From assembly GCA_051362555.1 (NCBI GenBank), contig CM120640.1, positions 23,546,225 through 23,610,224 on the forward strand: 64,000 nt of DNA. The letters are read 5' to 3'. The notes under the pieces were generated by a model that was given only the letters and a program-made list of their open reading frames with translations, had not been told where the DNA came from and did no database searches. This document shows, piece after piece, positions 27,201 to 35,548 of the stretch. The translations under genes were made by a program, and so were the position numbers. How positions within the stretch are numbered: position 1 is the stretch's first letter; each line of letters starts with the position of its first letter. Origin of the DNA: Lingula anatina. Its lineage: Eukaryota; Animalia; Brachiopoda.

Positions 27201-30200
27201 GGCATAATTAATTTAAATACACTGCCATTATTTCTTTGTCATCAGGAATTGTCAGAAGTGGTACAAAATGAGACAGAAGTGGCCGTCCAGGCAGATGAGG
27301 TACATGTCATTTTAAGATGAGATGGTGCAGTATCAAAAATGTAGATTATTTCATCTATGATGCAGATGATTTTTATCAATTATGAAGATTTTTTTCTATA
27401 ATGTAATGACACATCTTCAGATCAAGTTTTGAATACTGATTTAGTCCATGGTATAAGGTTGTGTGAAAAGGACTAAAAAATATCTGTGTCTTACTTAGTA
27501 TGAAGGTAGGAATAATCTTACAAAACTAATAATAAATAATATGACAGCATGAGTGGTAGGTGGATAAGTTATGTAATCATATTTCAAAGGTTTTTGTAGA
27601 GTTATAGGAAGTTTGGGCAAGGTAGATCACATTGGTTAAAAATTTAGAAGAGTTGTGATAATGTACTGGTGCAGGGATAGGGATCATTTTCTGTCTGAAT
27701 TCAGAAGGGTTGTGATGTTTTCTGGTGTGTATGTTTTAGATGTTTGAACAGGTAGCTATTAATCCTCATTGTACAACAAGCAAAGGAGAAGTGAATAGGT
27801 AAAGTTAAGGTTGTATTGATTCTGTTAAGGTTTTGATGAAGTAGTTATGACACAGATCAGTGCATGAGGATGGGGCATTTGGAGATTTGATGTAATATAA
27901 TCTAACCAGTTTGTTTTATTGCAGTTGGACATGATAAGTAATAGATACAGTGTTGTATGAGGAGAGGTGATCCAGAATCTCTTAAAATTCCAGGAAATGG
28001 GCAGTGATTTGTAACTCAATGTTTCTTTTTGTCGTGAAATTGATGCAAAGGTATCGGATACACACAAAAGTCTAATACAAGCATGTACTGAATTTGATCA
28101 AAAATTTAATGACTTTGGCATTAACAAGACATGAATGATGAGTCATAAAAATATTTATATAATAGATGTCAAATGTTTTCACAGTGTGAACAGTTGCCTT
28201 AACAAGACATGAATGATGAGTCATAAAAATATTTATATAATAGATGTCAAATGTTTTCACAGTGTGAACAGTTGCCTTCACCTCCAGAGGAAGAAGACCT
28301 GTCACCACATTCAGATCAGGTATTGGTTATTATTTTTTTTCAGTTATAATTTTTTAAAACTTTTTTTTGTCTCTTAAAACAATATTGCCCTTTGGCAATT
28401 TCTGATAAATGCACAGAGTATGTTCCAGACCATGTAACTCACCCTTCATTATTCCCTTTTGTTATCAGGAATTACCAGAGCCACCAGCACCCGAGGCAGA
28501 GGTGCCTGTCCACGCAGATGAGGTATATAAATGTTGGTGGATTTGAAAGATGTGTAATCTTCATTAGATGTACAATGGTGTGGTGATGTAACTAACACTT
28601 TGAATTTGTTATCAGATGGTGTAGAGAGAGAAGATGCATTGGTTCTGCCATTTTGTGCAAGGGGACTAAATATGCTAATAATGGAATTATGATAGCAATC
28701 ATTGCTCAGCTTTTGTCTTTGTTTTTCAGGAGCCTTCACAGAATGATAATCATGACTAAAATTGATCAGTATAGCCTTTGAATTGACTAATCTCTTCATT
28801 GTCATGTTGTCTGGTATTTGTGGTATTGTGCAAAGTCTATTCATTGTGTCTTAAGGAGTATATCCTTTCACAGGGTTGAAATATAAGGTGTTTAGAACAG
28901 TTATTTTACTAACAAGACCGAGTTAATTCAGTCAGTAATACAGGGGATGGTATTCCTGGGTAAAAAAGTAACAAGGAGACAACTGCCAGGTTTGCCTTCC
29001 CAAAAGTTAAATGGTAATACTACTAGATCTAGCAGGAATGAAGAACCTACTGTTAATCCTTGGTGGCAAGTAGAGCAAGAACATAATTGATATGGTATAT
29101 TGAATTACTGTCCACTCATATGTGGCAATTTTACTCAGAATTTATAATCACACAATTCAAAGTATCACATTAATCATTCGGCCATTCCTTTGAAAGCAAG
29201 TGCAATGTTGTCTGTGTTCATGACATTTGGTTGATGCAAACATTTACATTATTGTGCCAGAGTGTCAGAGAACTTTTTTTAAACTCATAAGTGATTCTCC
29301 AAGTTGTTCTCTTCCAGCAGGAGGTAGCTGAGGAGGTGGCAGAAAAGACACCTTCTGTCCACTCAGAACAGGAGGAACAGGTACTGGCAGTGAGGATAAC
29401 ACTCATTCTATACGCTCTCATTTTATGTGTATCTCATATATATTTTCATACTGTACTATGAGAAATTGGTTCCAATTACTATTTGGATCAAAAGACTGGT
29501 TCTATTGTAACAAATGCATGCAAACACAATATATAAATTTTACCTTAAGTTATTTTCATCTTGAGTGCCCAGCTTTAGTTATAGGAATGATTCTTGCCTT
29601 TGTAGAAACAGTTATCTTCTGACAGTCAGTCAGAGAAGGAACCCTCAGTACATTCTGACAAGGTAAAAAGTCCAAAGGCTTGCTGATGCATGGGCCAGGC
29701 ATATTTTAACTAAATGCCACTAACAATGGTCAGAGATACTGGCATAATGATATTATTTTTTTGTTTTGTTTTAGCCATTGGTCAGGGAATATCAAGTTAC
29801 ATTATTTAACAGCATGTATTCTGATGAAAGATTGATTGTTGGTATTTTTTGTGGTCTTTAATTTGGGTATCAGTTCAGATTAACATGTTATTTATTGTTT
29901 TTGTTATTTATATAGAATTGATTTTTTTTGGCATTCATAGACTAATATTTGGATGCATTTAAGCATGTCTAAGATAAGGCCATATGTGTTTATATGTCAA
30001 GTATGTTTGGAAGCTAACCTTAAACCAGGGTCACATAAGAAAGCATGTATACAATCAGAATAGGAATATAGGAAGGGATTTTACACTATATGTTACAGGA
30101 AGGGATTTTACACTATATGTTATATATATTTAGACAATAATACCAGACATATGCAGTCAAAATAATATATGCTGATGCTTTCTGCTGAATGTTTTGCTAC

Positions 30201-32871
30201 GAAGCATTTTGAAATAATTATGTCGCTTACTAATGTCTGGTTTTGTACTCCAATATGTCAGCCAGGTAATCAACATGTTACAATTTGTTTCAGATCTTTT
30301 TCATAGACTGCATGTGCTTTATATCTGCTTTTTTGAAGCATTTTCATTGTTTTGTCATTTTGATAATGATGAATTTACTTAATGGACATTAACCAATGAT
30401 TACACGTCTTTTCTTTCAGGTGCACAAAAAAAAAAAAAAAAAAAAAAAAACTGTAATGAAAGTTTTACAAATAGATTAAAGGCAAATTTTTTCCTGTTAT
30501 TTTAGTCTGTTTGACAAAAGTGATATAAAAGCATTTTCAGAAGTAACTTTGTAAATGTATGAGATGTTTTACATTTGGCCTTGACTTTCCACCACTAGGT
30601 GTCGCCAGAGCCAGTAGAGGTGGTCCAGGATGAGGTGAGATAGCCACTGTGTGCTGTGTCTCTCTAGCTGACACTGCTTATCACTAACAGCATCTTCTAC
30701 AGCTTTTTTTTCACAGTGAAGATATGAATACCATTTTATGAAATTTGCAAATTGCTGTGTGGTTGTTTTCATCTTTCTGTGACTTAAAAGATCCAAAGGG
30801 GGGATATGAAAATATTAACACCACAAATGAATTTCAGTGGTGTGAACTTTGTGTGGAGTTTTCTTTGCTTGGGGTTGTTTACCCATGCTCAGCTTTTCAG
30901 AGTGCTCATAGAAATGAAATTTACAGGGTCATTTTAACATCTATGGTTTTAAGTTATGCATTTAGGCATACAAAACACGATAACTACCTGGTTTTATGAT
31001 AATTTTAACTCGATATTTGTTAAATTATTTAAACCTACATGTCATTGGTTTAAACAGTTTACAGTTGTACTTGTCAACAAACTTCGGCTTGCAGCTGCTT
31101 ACTGCTCTGCTCTGTGCACTATGTATTGAAAAATGTAACAGTTTTAATTGGCCAAAAACATTTCCTCAGCAGGAAGAGCAGAAACAAGAAGAGCCAGAAC
31201 CTGAGCTAACCAATGGCCATGATAAGGTGAAAAAATGACCGATATATTCACATTGTTTTTATCTTGACTTTATGAAGATCATTTCCTCTCAAAAATCCAT
31301 AACCTGTGAGTGTCATATGCATTGGTCCTAATTTCAAATGTAAAAGTCAAGTGTGGTGTTGTCTCAGAACTTTTGCTTTGATTAATCTCAAGTATTTCTT
31401 CACTGTAAAAAGTTAGTGGAAGAAATATCAGCCAATACAAGTTGCAGTTGGTTGCTGTGCTGTGTGCTTTAACATTTATGCAAAGTTGTCACAATTTCAG
31501 GAAGAGGAGGAACCGCCAGCTGCTGCTGTGGAGGTGAGACCAGTGCTGACATCTATGCCTGAGTTTGTCCTTTGCATGCTTCATTTTTTTTTCTTTTACG
31601 CCTCAAGTTACCATTTTAGGCATTCAAACATGCAAGTTACTAATTATGAGTAAATATTTTGAGATGTGGAAAGGAAAGATTCCCCCCAAGCCATGTTCAT
31701 TATTAAAATGATACCTTAAAAATTTCAAATTACTCTGAATATTAATTTTCCCATTTTTTTCCTGTCATTTATTTGAGACTTAAGTTTTTATTTTGGCTTT
31801 CACTTCACCAAGCAGCTTTATTCCCTGTCCAACTGCACTGATATATAGAAGTTTATGCACACACATTTTGTATCCTTTCACATCACAGTCGCAAGGCTCT
31901 CATTAAAGCATTTCAGCAAATGCTCAATCATGTTCACATTGCACATGGCACCAGTGTGGAATGAGAAATCCAAAACTGCTGTAATTAGTAGAACACATTT
32001 AATGCAAGAAGTCCTGCATGTATGAGTTGGCAGGGAAACTAACATCATTTACATTTGTTGATTTATTATGTATTAACCTTTTTGTTCCACCAGATGGCAG
32101 CAGGAGGTGGTGCATGAATATGTACTCAGGAGTACAGAAGAAGGCCTGGGGATACATACTTATTCTGGGCATGCGTTACCATGTTTCAGCTCTTGGTTAT
32201 TGCCCACTGTGTTTTTACCCTGAGTCATAGGTTGAGGGTGTCATGATCATTTTCAGTACTGTACTGAAAATGTACTACTAACATCTCTTGCATGAAATTA
32301 CTTCAAATGATGAGATGAAAACTGTGGTATATAAGATTTCAGCCTATTACCGGATGGGACGCCAAGGATAAAAACTGCATCTCTGCGATAAAGGTTTTGG
32401 AATTCATATGGTGAACTTTAGTGTTATAAGATTCCAACTGCATGAAGGTGAAGTATGGTTATGTGGGAAATGTAGCAGCATTCTGACTGATTGGTAACCG
32501 CATGCTGAAGGGAATGCTGCTTTGCTGTTTAACATGATATGACTTTTTCTCCTCCCTCATTCTAGGAGCCACAAAGGGAGCCCACTCCACCACCACCACC
32601 CCCTGCTGAACCCGAGCCAGAGCCCGAGCCAGAGCCAGCTCCTGTTGTGGAGCCACCACCTCCTGAGCCTGTACATGTAGAGGAACCAGCTCCTGTCAAG
32701 GCAGCAGCCCCCCAGCCTCCAGCCCCCTCTCCTCAGGCCAACGGGGACACTCTGAACTTACCCATGTCTGCCAAGGAAATGAGGGAAATGCTGAAAAAAC
32801 GCAAAAAGGCTGATCCCAAGTCACAGCATGTACCATTCCAGAAGAAAAATGAGATGTTCCAAAGATTGTGA
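2692..32871 (+). CDS. NHERF1: NHERF1/EBP50 (Drosophila Sip1-like) PDZ scaffold gene, up to 20 coding exons, ~257-630 aa depending on cassette use
   Basis: Exon 1 encodes a NHERF-type PDZ ([65 protein letters not shown]). The last exon ends in the EBP50/Sip1-type ERM-binding tail [23 protein letters not shown]...KKNEMFQRL*. Splice phases are consistent: exon 1 ends in phase 1, exon 2 restores phase 0, and all later exons are phase 0. The symbol is family-level only. Confidence 0.88.
11483..11568 (+). CDS. NHERF-like exon 2 (E)[28 protein letters not shown], phase 1 to 0
   Basis: Strong acceptor ttttctttcttttcttatag; 86 nt restores the frame; donor GAG|gtttgt. Confidence 0.8.
12771..12839 (+). 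CDS. Linker cassette exon, 69 nt, [23 protein letters not shown]
   Basis: ttgcag acceptor, GAG|gtaaaa donor, multiple of 3, acidic. Confidence 0.75.
18269..18388 (+). CDS. Linker cassette exon, 120 nt, [40 protein letters not shown]
   Basis: tacagCAG tandem acceptor, GAG|gtgaga donor, PE-rich, frame-preserving. Confidence 0.8.
23717..23776 (+). CDS. Linker cassette exon, 60 nt, [20 protein letters not shown]
   Basis: ctcttttacag acceptor, CAG|gtattt donor; shares the S(D/E)KEPS motif with the 24187 and 29606 exons. Confidence 0.72.
24187..24324 (+). CDS. Linker cassette exon, 138 nt, [46 protein letters not shown]
   Basis: cctttcag acceptor, CAG|gtactt donor; internal SDKEPSVH repeats with synonymous codon variation. 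Confidence 0.8.
25166..25237 (+). CDS. Linker cassette exon, 72 nt, [24 protein letters not shown]
   Basis: ttaagCAG tandem acceptor, CAG|gtagag donor; the poly-Pro uses mixed codons (CCA/CCG/CCC). Confidence 0.78.
25595..25654 (+). CDS. Linker cassette exon, 60 nt, [20 protein letters not shown]
   Basis: tttgtttccag acceptor, CAG|gtacac donor. Confidence 0.75.
25893..25958 (+). CDS. Linker cassette exon, 66 nt, [22 protein letters not shown] (copy 1)
   Basis: ttttaag acceptor, CAG|gtacca donor; lies in unit 1 of the 300-bp duplication. Confidence 0.68.
26193..26258 (+). CDS. Linker cassette exon, 66 nt, [22 protein letters not shown] (copy 2, identical)
   Basis: tttcaag acceptor, CAG|gtacca donor; exactly 300 bp downstream of copy 1. 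Confidence 0.68.
26304..26380 (+). pseudogene. Degenerate paralogue (pseudo-exon) of the 54-nt 27246/28469 exons
   Basis: Shares ttcattattcc...tcag upstream and ...CAGGCAGATGAG|gta at the end, but is 55 nt (26322-26376). It has TAA in the homologous frame and TGA when read from the acceptor. Confidence 0.6.
27031..27087 (+). CDS. Linker cassette exon, 57 nt, [19 protein letters not shown]
   Basis: tttttcttag acceptor, GAG|gtacat donor; paralogue of the 28263 exon. Confidence 0.75.
27246..27299 (+). CDS. Linker cassette exon, 54 nt, [18 protein letters not shown]
   Basis: tttctttgtcatcag acceptor, GAG|gtacat donor; paralogue of the 28469 exon. Confidence 0.72.
28121..28278. repeat. Perfect 78-bp tandem duplication spanning a 3' splice site
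   Basis: 28121-28198 is identical to 28199-28276 and includes ttttcacag|TGTGAACAGTTGCC. Confidence 0.93.
28263..28319 (+). CDS. Linker cassette exon, 57 nt, [19 protein letters not shown]
   Basis: ttttcacag acceptor, CAG|gtattg donor. Confidence 0.72.
28469..28522 (+). CDS. Linker cassette exon, 54 nt, [18 protein letters not shown]
   Basis: cccttttgttatcag acceptor, GAG|gtatat donor. Confidence 0.75.
29318..29380 (+). CDS. Linker cassette exon, 63 nt, [21 protein letters not shown]
   Basis: ttctcttccagCAG tandem acceptor, CAG|gtactg donor. Confidence 0.78.
29606..29662 (+). CDS. Linker cassette exon, 57 nt, [19 protein letters not shown]
   Basis: ttcttgcctttgtag acceptor, AAG|gtaaaa donor, KEPSVHSD motif. 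Confidence 0.72.
30599..30634 (+). CDS. Linker cassette exon, 36 nt, [12 protein letters not shown]
   Basis: ctttccaccactag acceptor, GAG|gtgaga donor. Confidence 0.7.
31170..31226 (+). CDS. Linker cassette exon, 57 nt, [19 protein letters not shown]
   Basis: tttcctcagCAG tandem acceptor, AAG|gtgaaa donor. Confidence 0.77.
31501..31533 (+). CDS. Linker cassette exon, 33 nt, [11 protein letters not shown]
   Basis: aatttcag acceptor, GAG|gtgaga donor. Confidence 0.72.
32566..32871 (+). CDS. NHERF1: NHERF-like terminal exon: P/E-rich segment plus ERM-binding (EBP50 C-terminal) helix
   Basis: Acceptor ctttttctcctccctcattctag. [24 protein letters not shown]...[35 protein letters not shown] resembles the KKNELFSNL end of human EBP50. 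Confidence 0.88.
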   Translation, partial: EPQREPTPPPPPPAEPEPEPEPEPAPVVEPPPPEPVHVEEPAPVKAAAPQPPAPSPQANGDTLNLPMSAKEMREMLKKRKKADPKSQHVPFQKKNEMFQRL

Positions 32872-34767
32872 GAGTGAAAAATGTACTTGTAAGAATGCAA
32901 ACTTTCTGGGGAAGATTGAGAAGAAATCAACTTCATTCAGGACTGTTGGATGATGGAGAAGTCTGAGGGGACCAAAAAGATTGTTCCAGTGTCGTGGAAA
33001 CCATCTTTAACAGTCATGGATTTATAGTAGTTTTGATTTACATTGCCTTATTGAAGGAAACGACTGGAAGATGTTAAAACTGTCAATATGAAGAACAATT
33101 AAGCTTGTGGTTGACATAATACTGTAACTGTTTTGTTTTGTTCTTTTACATCAAAAACAATTTAAGCAGGTTGATAACATTTCTATGCCTACACAGATTA
33201 CAAGTTAAATGTGAGCTATCAATCAAAGCCAAGAGATGTTTCACAATGAATAGATAAAACAATTAGTTTACATCAAAAACAAAATAGTTACAGTACAGAT
33301 ACTTAAATTAGTATTATTTCTAATGACACACACAGTTTTAACGTGTAAAATTGAAAACAGTGTTATAAGCTTTCATATGTAACTTCACCCAGCTGTGTGT
33401 ATGGACTGCCTGGTTGTACTTTTAATCACAGTTATCTGGTCACATGATTAAGTAAATCAATGGCAATATTTTTTGTTATTACAAATATATAATACCATTA
33501 TATGATCTTGAATTTATACAGATATTGGGTTTCTTCCATAAATGAATATTTCTTTCAATTCTTAGAATGTGGATTAGGGCTGTGAATGAGAAAATCGTGT
33601 GAACTGCCTTGATTGCAAGGCTTGAAGACGTGCATAATATGCATGGGTTATGACTTGGGCACAGTTTTAAGAAAAATTGTGATAATTACAAAGTTAGTAG
33701 TATTTGTGTAATCCAGTTTGCAATATGTAATAGATTTGATTGCCAGTATCCATTTGCCAAGTATGTCAGCTTTGAAAAAAGATGTGAAAATCTTGCCACC
33801 AAAGATTCACTTAAATTGTTTCTGATTCACATTTCAGCTTCTACATACTTTTGGTCATTAGAATTTGGAAAATAATCCAAGCAGTGGTTTTATAGTGGAT
33901 AGATCAGTAATTGTACACATTTGATTCTTTCTTTTTCGTTTTGTTTTTTTTTTTTTTTTTTTTTTTTTTTCTTTTTTACCAAAATGTATCCGGATAGGTG
34001 GTTATAACAGGACAAAAATGAGGTTGTGCATTTATTGGGTATAATTATACACGTTAAGCTTTTTTACAGGAAAAATAACTGTATATACATATATTTATGT
34101 AATGGTTGCTGCTTGTATAGAAAATCTGGATAAACTGCCAAAAAAGACCGATAGTGAAATGATGCTTGGCATGTTTTAAGATTCGAGCAGTTGGCTGCTG
34201 AAATTTCGCTTTTGTTTTCTATGACAAAAAAAGGCATGTTTGCATTGCTTCTTATGATTAATGATCTACTTAAACTTTGGTCAATTTCCCCTCAAGGTAA
34301 ACCTACTGGGGTTGCCTATATTTCACAAGAGGCATATCAAGGCAATAGTTTTTAATTGAAATGATGTTGCTCACTCGTCCTTGTATGAAATCCACCTGTC
34401 ACTGTCAGATATGCCGACCCTTTACAGGAACACATTTATGTGAAATGTAAGTGTTAATGTAAAGTTAAAGGTGTGTCTGTGATGGCTGTTTGTCTCCCGG
34501 CAGAAAAAATGTTATGGTAAATCCTCTGGAAGTAGGTATTTCTGTGACATGCTCTTGTTCTTTTGGTAGGTTTCCCTTTTTTTATGGTAAGGAGGGTGCC
34601 TTGGGGAACATCAATGGATTTGTACAATGGAACTCGCTGTAATTTAGTTTGGGAAAGTATTTACATTTTCATAAATATATTATATACAAATGGCAGTCTA
34701 TACTACTAAGTGCATATGAACAAATTCTGTAAATTTGATTCTTATCCAGTAGATATATAAATATATG

Positions 34768-34815
34768 AATAAAGTGATTATATTATTTTGATGACTGAGG
34801 TGTTGTTTTTATTTC
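34768..34815 (+). terminator. Probable polyadenylation signal of the NHERF-like gene (~1.9-kb 3' UTR)
   Basis: AATAAA at 34768-34773 followed by the GT/T-rich tract ggtgttgtttttattt at ~34799. Confidence 0.5.
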
Positions 34816-35548
34816 GTGTAAGTTGGATCTAAGATATTGGGTCTTAAGCCAGATGGAGTTTGCGTCAAAGTTATAAAATTACTATTTTCTAGTTAATGCT
34901 GGATTCGCTACAAACTGGTAAGGAAACTTGAATGTCAACAATTATTGCTAGGTTATGCAAAGTAAGAAATCCACGTAGCTAAAAGCTAACGTCGCTTGTG
35001 TTGCATCATAAGGTTCTGAACCCATGTGTACGATATGCCAAATGCCATTTCTACTTCCATAGATGAGTTTTTAGGGATTGTAATCTGAGCTTATCTTATC
35101 CTGAACATTTATATGTTAATTACATGAAAATCAACGAAACTTATTCCACAGTCCTCTGTACTTCAAGTCAAGTCACATAATCTTTTGCCGACATTCTTGA
35201 CAAGTTGTGCCACATTGATGTATGTTTTGTATTGAGAGCAAAACGATGATATGATAAATCACGTTTTTAAAAATCTAATCTGAGGAGGAATTATTTCGGT
35301 CGTTTTTTCAAGAAACACTCAAAAGAGTTTGAGTTAATTTATTATAAAACTAACTGCAATTGTGGTATAAACACTGCAAAGACCCAAACGGGATCTGACC
35401 TAATCCAGTTAGTAAGTGGAACTAGATTGGGATCTGGCCTGTGACACATACATGTACCTTGTCTGCTGCTTATATATACCTATGGCACTTAAGGTCAACT
35501 GTTGAGGTGATAAAGTTTACTTGTCCACTGACAGACAATTCGGAAATC

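Noticed and set aside
28948-29090. Short [20 protein letters not shown]...WWQVEQEHN* within the cassette region
   Set aside because: No convincing polypyrimidine acceptor, and composition unlike the linker exons.
30406-30480. Strong acceptor followed by GTGCAC and a 25-nt poly-A run (possible poly-Lys terminal exon or retrocopy tail)
   Set aside because: The frame depends on a homopolymer, there is no family motif or TSD, and similar A/T runs occur throughout the window.
32094-32106. Acceptor-like site followed by ATGGCAGCAGGAG|gt
   Set aside because: 13 nt, not frame-preserving, weak donor, unlike the cassette family.
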